From: an uncultured Treponemataceae bacterium
GTDB lineage: Bacteria; Spirochaetota; Spirochaetia; Treponematales; Rectinemataceae
DNA: 40,542 bases
Direction: 5' to 3'
Assembly: GCA_964604295.1 (NCBI GenBank)
Contig: CAZRYP010000002.1
Coordinates: 1 to 40,542 of the forward strand
The notes beneath the pieces are model-generated. The model was not told the DNA's origin. It searched no databases and saw nothing but the letters and a program-made list of their open reading frames with translations. Positions 1 to 10,254 of the stretch are shown one piece after another; position 1 is the first letter of the stretch, and each line of letters begins with the position of its first letter. The translations under genes and the position numbers were made by a program.

Positions 1-980
1 GCAAGCCGATACTCAGGGTCTCCGGACTGAAGAAATATCTTCCCGTCAAGAAAGACACTTACCTGGAAAAGCAGCGCTACCTCAAGGCCGTGGACGGCAT
101 AGATTTCTCCATCTACGAGGGGGAGACGCTGGGCCTGGTCGGCGAATCGGGCTGCGGGAAATCCACGACGGGCAAGATGATCGTCAAGCTCACCCAGCCC
201 ACCGAGGGCACGGTGTGGTTCGAGGGCGAGGACATCTTCGCCATGAAGAAGGAGAAGACCAGGGAGCTGCGCAGGAAGATACAGATGATCTTCCAGGATC
301 CCTACTCCTCGCTGGATCCCCGCATGTCGGCGGGCAGGATCATCATGGAGCCCCTCCTCGTCCACGGGCAGAAGGACCAGGCCAGGGAGAAGGCCCTCTC
401 CCTCATGGACGACGTCGGCCTCCTGCGCGAGTATTTCGACCGCTACCCCCATGAGTTCTCCGGCGGCCAGCGCCAGAGGATAGGCGTGGCCCGCGCCCTC
501 GCCCTGAATCCGTCCTTCATCGTCTGCGACGAGCCCGTGTCGGCCCTCGACGTCTCCATCCAGGCCCAGATCGTCAACCTCATGCAGGATCTCCAGGAAA
601 AGTACAAGCTGACCTACCTCTTCATCTCCCACGACCTGAGGATCGTCAAGCATATCTGCGACAGGATAGCCGTGATGTACCTGGGCAGGATCGTCGAACT
701 GGCGCCCAAGGAAGAGATTTTCGACAAGCCCCTGCACCCCTACACCCAGGCCCTGCTCTCGGCCATACCGGAATCCGATCCCGAGGAGAAGAAGGAAGCC
801 CAGCCCATCAAGGGCGACGTGGCCAGCCCCATCGATCCCCCCTCGGGCTGCCACTTCCATCCCCGCTGTCCCAGCTGCATGGATGTGTGCAGGAAGACCA
901 GCCCCATCCTGAAGGAATACCTGCCCGGCCATTTCGTCGAATGCCATCTCTATGCCGACAACAAGGGAGTCAGCGAATGA
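1..980 (+). CDS. Oligopeptide/dipeptide ABC transporter ATP-binding protein (OppF/DppF-like), 5' partial
   Basis: The frame is open from the window edge (codons from nt 3: [18 protein letters not shown]...), so the GTG at 90 is not the true start. Motifs: Walker [10 protein letters not shown], signature [15 protein letters not shown], Walker [14 protein letters not shown]-loop ISHDL, and an Opp-type C-terminal [12 protein letters not shown]...GCHFHPRCP. Confidence 0.9.
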   Translation, partial: KPILRVSGLKKYLPVKKDTYLEKQRYLKAVDGIDFSIYEGETLGLVGESGCGKSTTGKMIVKLTQPTEGTVWFEGEDIFAMKKEKTRELRRKIQMIFQDPYSSLDPRMSAGRIIMEPLLVHGQKDQAREKALSLMDDVGLLREYFDRYPHEFSGGQRQRIGVARALALNPSFIVCDEPVSALDVSIQAQIVNLMQDLQEKYKLTYLFISHDLRIVKHICDRIAVMYLGRIVELAPKEEIFDKPLHPYTQALLSAIPESDPEEKKEAQPIKGDVASPIDPPSGCHFHPRCPSCMDVCRKTSPILKEYLPGHFVECHLYADNKGVSE

Positions 981-2164
981 AGCAATCGCCCATGCTCAAA
1001 TTCCCCGTGGGGGAATATGCCGATCGTCTCTCCAGGATCGTCGCCGAAATGCGGCGCGACAGGCTCGACGCCCTCATCCTCACGAGCGACGACAACACCT
1101 TCTATTTCTGCGGTTTCCAGAGCATCGTCTGGGACAGCAAGGTATCCACGCCCTGCGTCCTCGTCATCACGAAGGACGGCGGCCTGACGATAGCCACCTC
1201 GAAAAGCGGGCGCGAGACGGCCGGCTACACCTCCTGCGCGGAGGACATCAGGTTCTATACCCGCGACGGGGGCAAGGACGGGGGCTATCCGAGCTTCGCC
1301 GCGACGATCGCCGGCCCGATTGCCGAGAGGGGCCTCGCGAAAGGCCGGATCGGCATGGAGTTCACGAACGGCACGAAGATGCATCTGACCCATGTCCAGC
1401 GCGAGGACCTCTTCAGGGAACTGAAGGACGCGGAGCTGGTCGATTGTTCCCGCGCCATATGGGCCGTCAGGTCCAAAAAATCGCCCCTGGAGGCCGACTG
1501 CCTCAGGCGATGCTGCAAGATCAACCATGAAGGCATCGCCGCAGGCTTCGCCGCCCTCCGCGAGGGGATGACCGAACTCGACCTCTACCGCTCCATCGTC
1601 ATGGACTACTTCAGGAACGGTGCCGAGCGGAGCCTCCTCCTGGGCATCAGGGCGGGAGCCGAAAGATATCCACAGGGGAACTGTCCCCCCTCCAGCCGCC
1701 CGATACGCAAGGGGGAGATCATCCTCGTGGACGGCGGCCCCATCTGCGACGGCTATTTCTCCGACATCATCCGCGAAGGCATATTCGGCCCGCCCACCGA
1801 CAGGCAGCGCGCCATGTTCGACGTCGCGAGGGCGGCCTGCTACGCCGGCGCCGAAATGCTGAAGCCGGGGAACCGGATCGGCGACCTGGTCAAGGCCGTG
1901 GACGACGTGATGGATTCGTCCCCCTTCGCCGAGTTCAACGCGGCGCGGGGCCACTGCGGCCACTCCATCGGCACGGGCGTCCACGAATTTCCCATGCTGG
2001 ACATCGATTCCGACACCATCATCGAGCCGGGCATGGTCTTCGCCATCGAACCCTTCTTCCTGGAGAGGGGGGTCGGAAGCCTCGGGATCGAGGAAAATTT
2101 CCTCGTCACGGAGAGCGGCCGCGAAAACCTGACTCCATCCTACAGCGATCTGATCATACTCTGA
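977..2164 (+). CDS. M24 family metallopeptidase (Xaa-Pro dipeptidase/aminopeptidase-like)
   Basis: The ATG at 977 overlaps the upstream stop (ATGA); the ORF-track start at 887 lies inside the ABC gene. It has a creatinase/prolidase-type N-domain ([17 protein letters not shown]). Pita-bread metal ligand contexts are [38 protein letters not shown] and [10 protein letters not shown]. Confidence 0.85.
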   Translation: MKQSPMLKFPVGEYADRLSRIVAEMRRDRLDALILTSDDNTFYFCGFQSIVWDSKVSTPCVLVITKDGGLTIATSKSGRETAGYTSCAEDIRFYTRDGGKDGGYPSFAATIAGPIAERGLAKGRIGMEFTNGTKMHLTHVQREDLFRELKDAELVDCSRAIWAVRSKKSPLEADCLRRCCKINHEGIAAGFAALREGMTELDLYRSIVMDYFRNGAERSLLLGIRAGAERYPQGNCPPSSRPIRKGEIILVDGGPICDGYFSDIIREGIFGPPTDRQRAMFDVARAACYAGAEMLKPGNRIGDLVKAVDDVMDSSPFAEFNAARGHCGHSIGTGVHEFPMLDIDSDTIIEPGMVFAIEPFFLERGVGSLGIEENFLVTESGRENLTPSYSDLIIL

Positions 2165-2178
2165 CAAAGGAGGCCCCG

Positions 2179-3057
2179 ATGGGCGAGACGAGGGAGAGGA
2201 AGCCGGAAGGCCAAAGTCTGTTCGGCACGCCGCTCTACGCGGTGGAGTATCCGAAGGAAGTCGAGGAAAAATACCTGGCCAATCTGGCCGCGGCCGAAGC
2301 CCGCCATCTGGCGAATCCCGGCGACGAGGACGCCATCGTATGGCACGGCAGGAGGCTCGGCTATCTCACGCGCTACCGGGAAGCCATAGACGTCTACTCC
2401 GAAGGCCTCTGCCGCTTTCCCGACAGCTTCGTCCTCCTCAGGCACCGCGCTCACCGCTACATCTCGGTGCGTCGCTTCGCCGAGGCCGAAGCCGATTTCC
2501 AGAGGGCAGCCGCGCTCTGCCTGGCCGTGCCCGACGAATTCGAGCTGGATGGGGAGCCGAACAAGGCGGGCGTGCCGACCAGCACTATCCGCTTCAACAT
2601 CTTCTATCACCTCGCCCTGGCCAAATACCTCCAGGGACGCTTCGGGGACGCGCTTGCCGACTATGCCGCCTGCATGGAATACTCCAGGATGAACGACGAC
2701 TCCCTCTGTGCCACCAGCGACTGGCTCTACATGACGCTCATGAGGCTGGGGAGGAAGGACGAAGCGGCCAAGGTGCTGGAACCCATCAGGGAAGACATGG
2801 ACATCATCGAAAACTACGCCTACCACCGCCGCCTCCTTCTCTACAAGGGGCTCAGGAAGCCCGAGGAGCTGCTGTCCGCGGGATCCACCGCCCACCACGA
2901 CACGGCGACGAACGGCTACGGCATCGGGAACTGGCATCTCTACAGCGGCAGGCCAGAGGAAGCGAAGGCGATGTTCAAGCGGGTCGTGGCCACGTCGTTC
3001 TGGCCGGCCTTCGGATACATCGCCGCGGAGGCGGATCTGAGCCGGCTGCGCGGCTAG
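2179..3057 (+). CDS. Hypothetical helical-repeat (TPR-like) protein
   Basis: A clean 292-aa ORF starts 15 nt after the peptidase stop, behind AAAGGAGG. Its composition is alpha-helical-repeat-like, and I recognise no catalytic motif. Confidence 0.55.
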   Translation: MGETRERKPEGQSLFGTPLYAVEYPKEVEEKYLANLAAAEARHLANPGDEDAIVWHGRRLGYLTRYREAIDVYSEGLCRFPDSFVLLRHRAHRYISVRRFAEAEADFQRAAALCLAVPDEFELDGEPNKAGVPTSTIRFNIFYHLALAKYLQGRFGDALADYAACMEYSRMNDDSLCATSDWLYMTLMRLGRKDEAAKVLEPIREDMDIIENYAYHRRLLLYKGLRKPEELLSAGSTAHHDTATNGYGIGNWHLYSGRPEEAKAMFKRVVATSFWPAFGYIAAEADLSRLRG

Positions 3058-3084
3058 ACCCGCGCGAAGGGTTATGACAGGACG

Positions 3085-4464
3085 ATGAATCTCAGCGCCA
3101 CCCATCTGGCCGGGTTCGTGATCACGCTCGCCCTCATCGTGGGGATAAGCGTGAGATCGGGCAGGAAGGTCCACTCCTCCAGCGATTTCTCCGTCGGGGG
3201 AAGGAAGGCGGGACCCCTGATCGTCGCCGGCACCATCATGGGAACCCTCGTGGGAGGGGCTTCCACGATCGGCACTGCCCAGCTGGCCTATACCTACGGT
3301 TTTTCGGCCTGGTGGTTCACCCTGGGGGCGGGCCTCGGCTGCGTCCTCCTGGCGGCATTCTATGCCGTTCCCCTGAGGGCGACGGGCAAGGAGACGATCA
3401 CCCAGATCATCGCCGCCGAGTACGGCGGAGCCGCCAAGGCCATTTCCGGATTTTCCGTGTCGATCGGCATCTTCCTCAACATCATCGCCCAGGTGCTGGC
3501 GGGAGTGGCCCTCCTGGCCTCGCTCACCGGCATCCCGCCCCTCGCCGCGGCCGTCATCACTGTGGCCTGCATGGGAGCCTTCGTCCTCTTCGGGGGAGTC
3601 TGGGGCGCGGGCGCCTCGGGAAGCGCCAAGACCCTCCTCCTCTACGCATCGGTCGTGATCGTGGGACTGGTGGCCCTTTCGCGGGCAGGGGGGGCGGAAG
3701 GCCTGAGGGCCGCTTTCCCGGACAAACCCTGGTTCAGCCTTTTCGGCAGGGGCTGCGCGACCGATCTCTCGGCCGGCTTTTCCCTCGTCATAGGCGTCCT
3801 GTCGACGCAGACCTACGCCCAGGCCGTGCTCTCGGGGCGGAATTCGAAGGTGGCGGTGCAGGGGGCTCTCGGCAGCGCTATCCTGATCCCCCCGATAGGC
3901 CTGGCCGGCATCGTCGTCGGCCTCTACATGCGCTCGGCCCACGCCGCCATGGATCCTGCCGCCGCTTTTCCCCGCTTCGTCGTCATGTACCTTCCCGAAT
4001 GGCTCGCCGGAATCGTGCTGGCTGCCCTCTTCGTCGCCGTCGTGGGGACGGGCTCGGGCCTGGCCCTGGGTATCGGCGTCATCGCCGCCAAGGACATGTA
4101 CGGCTGGTTCATCGAGCCCTCGGCATCGGACAGGAGGCTTCTCCTCGTGTCGCGGATCGCTATCGCCGCGACCCTGGCGGCCGCCCTTTTCTTCATCACG
4201 GGAAACCTGAAATCCTTCATCCTCGAGTGGAGCTTCCTCTCGATGGGCTTGAGGGGGGCGGCCATCCTGGCCCCCTTGAGCGGAGCGCTCTTCCTGAAGG
4301 GGAGGATATCGGGGAAATTCGCCGTGGCCTCGATCCTGGCCGGGCCTCTCGCGATGCTAGCCTGCAGGACCCTGCTTCCCCCGGGCATCGACCCCCTTCT
4401 CCCCGGGCTCGCGGCGAGCCTGGTTCCGATGGCGGCCGGACTTCTCTTCGCGCCGCGATCATAG
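3085..4464 (+). CDS. Sodium:solute symporter (SSS) family transporter
   Basis: A 459-aa polytopic membrane protein. The N-terminal FSVGGRKAGPLIVAGTIMGTLVGGASTIGTAQLAYTYGFSAWWF is typical of SSS carriers. Confidence 0.8.
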   Translation: MNLSATHLAGFVITLALIVGISVRSGRKVHSSSDFSVGGRKAGPLIVAGTIMGTLVGGASTIGTAQLAYTYGFSAWWFTLGAGLGCVLLAAFYAVPLRATGKETITQIIAAEYGGAAKAISGFSVSIGIFLNIIAQVLAGVALLASLTGIPPLAAAVITVACMGAFVLFGGVWGAGASGSAKTLLLYASVVIVGLVALSRAGGAEGLRAAFPDKPWFSLFGRGCATDLSAGFSLVIGVLSTQTYAQAVLSGRNSKVAVQGALGSAILIPPIGLAGIVVGLYMRSAHAAMDPAAAFPRFVVMYLPEWLAGIVLAALFVAVVGTGSGLALGIGVIAAKDMYGWFIEPSASDRRLLLVSRIAIAATLAAALFFITGNLKSFILEWSFLSMGLRGAAILAPLSGALFLKGRISGKFAVASILAGPLAMLACRTLLPPGIDPLLPGLAASLVPMAAGLLFAPRS

Positions 4465-4536
4465 ACTCGGGGGCGAGTGGCGCGACAATAGGCCGTGGCG
4501 CCGTGAAAAAAGGCAGTGGCGCCGCCCGCCTCTTCT

Positions 4537-5904
4537 TCAGTCTTCGAGCATGGCCGCCAGGAGGGCCGGATCTCCGGCCCTCCTGGCGGCCAGCATGGCA
4601 TCGGCGAGGGCGGCTTCGGGGATGGCCTTTTCCCGTCTCAGGAAATCCATGACGGCGAGAAGGCAGGCGCTCTTGTCCCCCGCCTTCCGCCTGTAAGGCA
4701 GAATCCTCAGCGCGGCCCCCGTCGCCGGAAGCGCGAGGCCCGAGTCGGCGTAGACCTGTCCCCCATCCATTCCCGACAGTTGCCCCCTTACCTTGCCCAG
4801 GCCTTCCCGCGAGGTCACGATCAGCACGTCGGGCTTCATGGTGCCGGTGAAGCGGATGGGGCGGGTCGAGATGATGACCTCGGCCACGGAGAATCCGACT
4901 CCGACCGTGACGGGGTAGCTTCCCTTCTTGGAGACATGGAGACCGCAGGACATGGCCGCCTTCGCCAGCAGTTCGGCCGCGCTCTGGACGCCTTCCCCCG
5001 CCGATCCGGCGAGGAGGACGGCCAGCCTGGAGTCTTTCCATGCGGCGGCGCTGGCTTCCGGCTTCCGCGAGAATTCTTCCCTGATCCCGATCGGCCGGAA
5101 TGAGGGGAAGAGGGATCCGGGGCTTGCCGGGTCCGCGGCGCTTGCGGGTGCCGCATGGGCCGCGGGGCTGTCGCCGGAGGGACCTTCTGTCTTTGGGCCT
5201 TCCCCCGGGGCAGGCCGGGCGGACACGGAAGCCACTCGGCCCAGGGCGAGCCCGGCCGAAGCCCCGAGCTCGCGCAGGCTCCTGCCCGGATTGAGCTTGG
5301 TCCCGTGGCTCGTGCACAGCTCCAGCATTTCGACGAAGGAAAAGCCCTTGAACTTGAAGGCTTCGCGCAGTTCGCCGGAAAAGTCCCCCGCCGCGTTCAT
5401 CCTCGCCACGTAGGGCGCGCCGGCCGCCGACACGAGGGAACAGAGGTCCACGCCCTCGTCGGGCTTGCCCTCGGGCATGATCGGCGTCCTGTAGCCGCAG
5501 GGGGTGAGAGAGGAAGGCTGTCCTCCCGTCATGCCATAGAGCATGTTGTTGTGGACGATCACGGTCATGTCCAGGTCGCGGTGCGCGGCGTCCAGGAGGT
5601 GCTGGAGACCGATGGTCGCCCCTCCGTCCCCCAGGAGGACGATGATCTTCTTGCCCCTGTCCTTCAGGCCCATGGCTATCCCCGAGGCGAGGGCCACCGA
5701 GCGGCCGTGGAGTCCGTGCACGGTATGCGTGGCGAACTGCCTGTCGATGATGCCGATGCAGCCTATGTCGCTCACCATCACCACGTCGTTCAATTTCAAT
5801 CCGGCTATGCCCGAGAGGGCGGCTTCCACGTTCTTCATGACGATGGAGTGGCCGCAGCCCTTGCAGAAAGGGAGCTCCGAGGTTTCCAGGAATTTTCCGC
5901 TCAT
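4537..5904 (-). CDS. 2-oxoacid:ferredoxin oxidoreductase, beta (TPP-binding) subunit fused to a gamma domain
   Basis: The N-half carries beta-subunit motifs (FCKGCGHS, LLGDGGATIGLQHL, NNMLYGMTGGQ). A Pro/Ala/Ser-rich linker follows (ARPAPGEGPKTEGPSGDSPAAHAAPASAADPASPGS). The C-half resembles the gamma domain (VLLAGSAGEGVQSAAELLAKAAM...PDVLIVTS). The start overlaps the alpha stop (ATGA on the minus strand). Confidence 0.85.
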   Translation of the reverse strand: MSGKFLETSELPFCKGCGHSIVMKNVEAALSGIAGLKLNDVVMVSDIGCIGIIDRQFATHTVHGLHGRSVALASGIAMGLKDRGKKIIVLLGDGGATIGLQHLLDAAHRDLDMTVIVHNNMLYGMTGGQPSSLTPCGYRTPIMPEGKPDEGVDLCSLVSAAGAPYVARMNAAGDFSGELREAFKFKGFSFVEMLELCTSHGTKLNPGRSLRELGASAGLALGRVASVSARPAPGEGPKTEGPSGDSPAAHAAPASAADPASPGSLFPSFRPIGIREEFSRKPEASAAAWKDSRLAVLLAGSAGEGVQSAAELLAKAAMSCGLHVSKKGSYPVTVGVGFSVAEVIISTRPIRFTGTMKPDVLIVTSREGLGKVRGQLSGMDGGQVYADSGLALPATGAALRILPYRRKAGDKSACLLAVMDFLRREKAIPEAALADAMLAARRAGDPALLAAMLED

Positions 5905-7013
5905 TTCGAAACCTCCGCGACGATCTCCTCGGGGCCGATCATCCTGCCTACCGCGTTGATGCCGCTGAGTCCCGGCCGTCCCGCCTCCCCGAAGAGGATG
6001 TGCCTGTATTGCCCGTCCTGGTTTTCCTCTGCCACCACGACGCGCGAGTGGGAGGCGGCGATGTCCAGATATGCCCGGGGCACGGGGAAGAGGGTCTTGG
6101 GCACGAGGAGGGAAGCGTCGATCCCCTTCGCCCGAAGCGTGTCGAGCGCGTCGCGCGCGGCTTCCGCCGTGACGTCGAAGGCGATGATGAGGCTGTCGGC
6201 CTTTCCCTTGTCGTACTCGAATTCGGTGAACCGCGGCAGGTTCCCGACTATCTTGTCGTGGAGGCGGCGCGTGTTCGCCAGGGCTCCCGGGGATGTATGC
6301 TGCAGGTCCCCGTTTTCGTCGTGGGTCGAGGCGGTGAGCCTCACGCGGTGGTCGGGATCGCCCACGGGCACGAAGGCCGGGGCTTCCTCGGGTTCCGCCC
6401 TGTAGGGAACATAGTCGCCAGGACCCTCGAAGGGTTTCCTTTTAAAGGCGGGAGGATTCCCTAGGGATGAAAGATCGAAATCGCGCAATGTCATCGCCAT
6501 CTCCTTCGAGGTGAGGAGGATGACGGGAGTCCTGAGGCGGATCGCGGTTTCCACGGCCTTGGCGGTGAGAGTCCAGCAGTCGTCCAAGCCGGAGACGCAG
6601 AAGGTCGGAAGCGGGTATCCCCCCGAATTGATGCCCCTGACGAGGAGGAGGTCGCCCTGCGCTCCGCAGGTGGCCGATCCCGTGGCCGGACCGAGGCGTT
6701 GCGCGAGCACGATCAGCATGGGAAGCTCCATCATGAAGGCCATGCCCATGGATTCCAGCATGAGGGCGAGGCCGGGGTAGGAGGTCGCCGTCATGGGGAT
6801 CCTGCCCGCGGCCGAGAGCCCCGCCATCCATTGAAGAGTCGTTATCTCGTCGGTCGCGGGCAGGACGAGGGGGAAGCGCCTGCTGGAATGGAGGTACAGC
6901 AGGTTGGCCGGCGTTATGGGGTATCCCACGAAGGCATCGACGCCCGCGCGGGCCGCGGCCTCCACGATCAGCATCGAACCGTCGATCAGACTTCTCGTGA
7001 CCGGATTGTCCAT
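5901..7013 (-). CDS. 2-oxoacid:ferredoxin oxidoreductase, alpha subunit
   Basis: Alpha-subunit motifs are GYPITPA, TATSYPGLALMLE and RLGPATG. I prefer the ATG at 7013 (AAGGAGA 7 nt upstream). The ORF-track start at 7055 is also possible, because it forms an ATGA overlap with the ptb stop. Confidence 0.85.
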   Translation of the reverse strand: MDNPVTRSLIDGSMLIVEAAARAGVDAFVGYPITPANLLYLHSSRRFPLVLPATDEITTLQWMAGLSAAGRIPMTATSYPGLALMLESMGMAFMMELPMLIVLAQRLGPATGSATCGAQGDLLLVRGINSGGYPLPTFCVSGLDDCWTLTAKAVETAIRLRTPVILLTSKEMAMTLRDFDLSSLGNPPAFKRKPFEGPGDYVPYRAEPEEAPAFVPVGDPDHRVRLTASTHDENGDLQHTSPGALANTRRLHDKIVGNLPRFTEFEYDKGKADSLIIAFDVTAEAARDALDTLRAKGIDASLLVPKTLFPVPRAYLDIAASHSRVVVAEENQDGQYRHILFGEAGRPGLSGINAVGRMIGPEEIVAEVSK

Positions 7014-7051
7014 GCGACTATCTCCTTGGAGGGATCGGTTGCCTGCCCGCG

Positions 7052-7972
7052 TCATCGGGCGCCGCGTTCCGCGACCGCGCGGGCGAGAAGGAGGGAACGG
7101 AAGCGGTTCGCCGCGTCGTCCGAACGCGAGTTGAGGACGGCAGGGACGGCCGCGCCGAACACGAGGCCCCCCCAGACCGCGTTTCCGTGGAACTTGTAGC
7201 TTTTTCCCAAAGCGTTGGCCGCTTCCAGGTTCGGCGCGAGGATGAGGTCAGGGTCCCCGCAGACGATCGACGAGGCGAGGCCCTTCTCCACGGCGCATTC
7301 GCGGCTTATGGCAGCGTCGTACCCGAAAGGACCTTCTATGACGAAGCCCTCGAATTCTCCGGCCTTCGACATCTCCGCCAGCCTGGCGGCGTCCGTCGTG
7401 GCGGGCATCCTCGTGCTGACGGTTTCCACCGCGGCGAGGGCGGCTACCTTGGCGGGGGCTATCCCCAGCGCCTCCCACAGGGGCCTCGAATTCCTGACGA
7501 TGTACGCCTTCTCTTCGAGCGTGGGGGCTATGACGATCGCGTTGTCGCTCACCGCGAGCAATTTATGATAGCTCGACATCTGGAACACCGACAGATTCGT
7601 GAGTACGGGGGATCGGCGTATGCCGGTCTCCCTGTCGAGTATCGCCCTGAGATAATACTCCGATTTGAGGCCGCCCTTGACCAGGATGCGGGCGCCCCTG
7701 TTCCGTACGGCCGCCACCGCCAGGGCCGCCGCCTCGGCCGGAGTCCCTGCCTGCGTGATCTCGTACAACGAGAGATCGTCGCCTATGTCGCGGACGCATC
7801 GCCTGATCGAGTCGGCGTCGCCCGACACATGGCAAAGCCCTATGAAGCCGGCCTTGTGTCCCTTGAGCAGGCTGCCGAGGACCTCTGGGTCATCGGCCTG
7901 GGCGACGGCCACAGGCACCGGTCCGAGCGCCGACATGGAAAGCTCCAGTTCCCCGAATGTCCTGATGCTCAT
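7052..7972 (-). CDS. ptb: Phosphate butyryl/branched-chain acyltransferase
   Basis: A 306-aa PTA/PTB-fold protein (ILVKGGLKSE, AIVIAPTLEEK, PDLILAPNLEAANALGK). It sits 4 nt downstream of a butyrate-kinase gene. Confidence 0.8.
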   Translation of the reverse strand: MSIRTFGELELSMSALGPVPVAVAQADDPEVLGSLLKGHKAGFIGLCHVSGDADSIRRCVRDIGDDLSLYEITQAGTPAEAAALAVAAVRNRGARILVKGGLKSEYYLRAILDRETGIRRSPVLTNLSVFQMSSYHKLLAVSDNAIVIAPTLEEKAYIVRNSRPLWEALGIAPAKVAALAAVETVSTRMPATTDAARLAEMSKAGEFEGFVIEGPFGYDAAISRECAVEKGLASSIVCGDPDLILAPNLEAANALGKSYKFHGNAVWGGLVFGAAVPAVLNSRSDDAANRFRSLLLARAVAERGAR

Positions 7973-7976
7973 CTAT

Positions 7977-9149
7977 TCACGCCCTTCCTTCGGTATTGAA
8001 AAATTTCCCGAACGCGCGCAAAGGATCAGTCCTCTCCGCCGGGAGGACGCAGTCCGGCCAGACGAGCGGGCGGGCTTTGCCCGACAGCACTTCCTCCACG
8101 CTCCAGGCTATGGCCTCGTTCTCGTTCTCCCCGGGGAAGTGGTAGACCTTGGCCAGCCGCCCGCATCGCGCCTCTATCTCGGCGGCGAGGTATTTTTCCC
8201 GCGCCGCGCCTCCCGTGAGGATGATCCCGTCCAGCCTGAATTCGAGCACCGAGGCCATGGCCCCGATTTCCTTGCAGATCTGGTAGATCATCGCGTCGTA
8301 GATGAATTTCGCGAAGAGGTCTCCCCCTTCGATCATCGACACCACCTTCCTGATATCCTTGGTGCCGAGGTAGGCGAAGAGCCCTCCCTGGCCGTAGAGC
8401 CTGCGATGCAAGTCTTCCTTCTCCCATTTCCCCGAGTAGCAGGCTTCCATGAGGGGAATCGGCGGCACTCCGCCGGCCCTCTCCGGCGTGAAAGGCGCGC
8501 CTTCCATCCTGTTGTCGGAATCGAGGATCCTCCCGCCCGCGAGCGGGGCTATGGAAAATCCCCCGCCCAGGTGGCAGGCCACCACCCTGAGGTCCTCGAA
8601 GGATTTGCCCAGTTCCCGGGCCAGTCTTTTCGCCGTCGCCCTTATATTGAGGGCGTGGACGAAGGAAAACCTGGGGAAGAGGGGTGAGCCCGATATGCGG
8701 GCGATGTCGGCCATCTCGTCGACGCCCACGGGATCCACCGCGTATGCCGGAATCCCCCGCGACCTCGCGATGTCGTAGGCTATGGGTGCCGCGAGATTCG
8801 ACGCGTGCTGGTAGACGGGGGTCTCGAGGCAGTACCGCGCGAGCGGGCCGTCTATTGCGATGACTCCACTCGGCACGGGAGGAAGCATGCCGCCTATGGC
8901 GCCTATGGCCGCCAGAGTCGCGGAAGGGGGGAGGGCCGACCTGAGGAATTTCTCCACCAGGTTTTTCCTGAAATCCTTCTGCGAGGGGATATCCGGGAAG
9001 GCTTCGGCCTCGATCCCGGAATGGGACATGGACTCGTCGGCCAGAAGGGCGGCGGGACCCCGGCCGAGGGCATAGAGCGCGCATTTCGTCGAAGTGGAGC
9101 CGGTATTTACGACCAGGATCGCGGAAAGCGTGGATTCCAATGTCTCCAT
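7977..9149 (-). CDS. buk: Butyrate (short/branched-chain fatty acid) kinase
   Basis: An ASKHA-fold kinase with N-terminal ILVVNTGSTSTK, VVACHLGGGFS and IILTGGAA motifs. It is the first gene of the buk-ptb-oxidoreductase operon. Confidence 0.85.
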   Translation of the reverse strand: METLESTLSAILVVNTGSTSTKCALYALGRGPAALLADESMSHSGIEAEAFPDIPSQKDFRKNLVEKFLRSALPPSATLAAIGAIGGMLPPVPSGVIAIDGPLARYCLETPVYQHASNLAAPIAYDIARSRGIPAYAVDPVGVDEMADIARISGSPLFPRFSFVHALNIRATAKRLARELGKSFEDLRVVACHLGGGFSIAPLAGGRILDSDNRMEGAPFTPERAGGVPPIPLMEACYSGKWEKEDLHRRLYGQGGLFAYLGTKDIRKVVSMIEGGDLFAKFIYDAMIYQICKEIGAMASVLEFRLDGIILTGGAAREKYLAAEIEARCGRLAKVYHFPGENENEAIAWSVEEVLSGKARPLVWPDCVLPAERTDPLRAFGKFFNTEGRA

Positions 9150-9372
9150 CCTTGTGGCCGCCGACGCGGTGTATCCACGTTCTCATGGCTTACCGGCCCT
9201 GTCAAGATTGGGTGGAAACGATCCGCTCACGAATCCGCGTATGCGCGGAATCCTCCATATATCTATTCGTTCATATTTCCCTTGACAAGCCGCGCGGCAT
9301 GCCTACACTTGAACTATGAAGCCGCGTTTTTTTGCCATCAGAAAACGGCTTCTCCACAACGGAGGAGGAATT

Positions 9373-10242
9373 ATGAAAAAGAGGTTCCTATTGCTTGCCG
9401 TTGCGCTGCTCCTGTGCATAGGCAGCGCCGCAGCACAAACGGCGGACGTGGAATTCGCGCTCTTTAAAAGATCTGTCGCACCAGTCATGAGGTGGGGCGA
9501 GAATGGAATACTGACCGTCCCCAAAGCCACAACCCTGGGGAAGGCCAATTTCTTCATCGGAGCCATGGGCCAGCAGGCCGGCACGATTGAAGGACTGGAC
9601 CTCTACCTGACTTCGGCGTCCTTAATGGCCGGCACTTCGGATGACGTCGAACTGGGTTACACGCGGCGACAGCTGATCTGGGAGGATCTCTATTTTTCCA
9701 ACCTGTCGATGGATACCTTCCACCTCAAGACCAGATTCCTGAATTTCGGTGAATTCCTTATCCCGCAGGCGGCGATCGGCGTCAATGCCGTGTCCCTCGT
9801 CGACAACAAGTTCGAGGACCGAAACGACATCCTATTTACTCCCTACCTCGCCGTGACTTCGACCATTCCCCTGTTAACCAGGAAGATGCTTCTCTCCGTC
9901 ACCGCGGTAGCCGAGACCATCCTTAACGAGAACGAGCTTGGAACCTACATGTTCTCGGGCGGCGCGGACTTGAATCTCTTCAACTTCCTGTACGCATTCG
10001 CCGAACTCCAGGGATTCAACCCCGACTTGGACAGCAACGAGGTCCTCAACGTAGGAGCCAAGCTGCGGCTGGGACCCCTGTCGGTCGGCGTGGGCATGTT
10101 CAATATCAGCGTCGATACCGGAGAGTCCGAGAACATTTTCGACCAGTACACATCATCGCAGCTGGGACTCGCGAATGCCAGCTACATGGCAACCGTGGCA
10201 TTCGATATCAAGCTGGGCAAGCAAGCCCCGGCCAAGAAATAA
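9373..10242 (+). CDS. Secreted protein, predicted beta-barrel outer-membrane protein (no family assigned)
   Basis: The ATG at 9373 follows GGAGGAGG. The signal peptide is MKKRFLLLAVALLLCIGSAAAQ. Alternating hydrophobic/polar strands run through the C-terminal half (e.g. LSVGVGMFNISV, YMATVAFDIKL). The gene is AT-richer than the flanks. Confidence 0.5.
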   Translation: MKKRFLLLAVALLLCIGSAAAQTADVEFALFKRSVAPVMRWGENGILTVPKATTLGKANFFIGAMGQQAGTIEGLDLYLTSASLMAGTSDDVELGYTRRQLIWEDLYFSNLSMDTFHLKTRFLNFGEFLIPQAAIGVNAVSLVDNKFEDRNDILFTPYLAVTSTIPLLTRKMLLSVTAVAETILNENELGTYMFSGGADLNLFNFLYAFAELQGFNPDLDSNEVLNVGAKLRLGPLSVGVGMFNISVDTGESENIFDQYTSSQLGLANASYMATVAFDIKLGKQAPAKK

Positions 10243-10254
10243 GGAGGGGGAACC

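Noticed and set aside
4465-4536. Three GTGGCGC heptamers (4477, 4495, 4516), and a GGCGCC...GGCGCC pairing, in the convergent gap between the symporter and oxidoreductase genes.
   Set aside because: The repeats are short and GC-rich, so they are expected fairly often by chance at this composition. They probably just form part of a bidirectional terminator-like hairpin.
9232-9251. A near-palindrome, AATCCGCG-TATG-CGCGGAAT (6-bp perfect core), in the buk/OMP divergent region. There is also a 7-bp stem, GAAGCCG...CGGCTTC, around a T7 run (9322-9356).
   Set aside because: Neither matches a regulator motif I know (Rex, CodY, ArgR). Neither is followed by a terminator-type T-tract in the right position. 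The support is too weak to call a feature.
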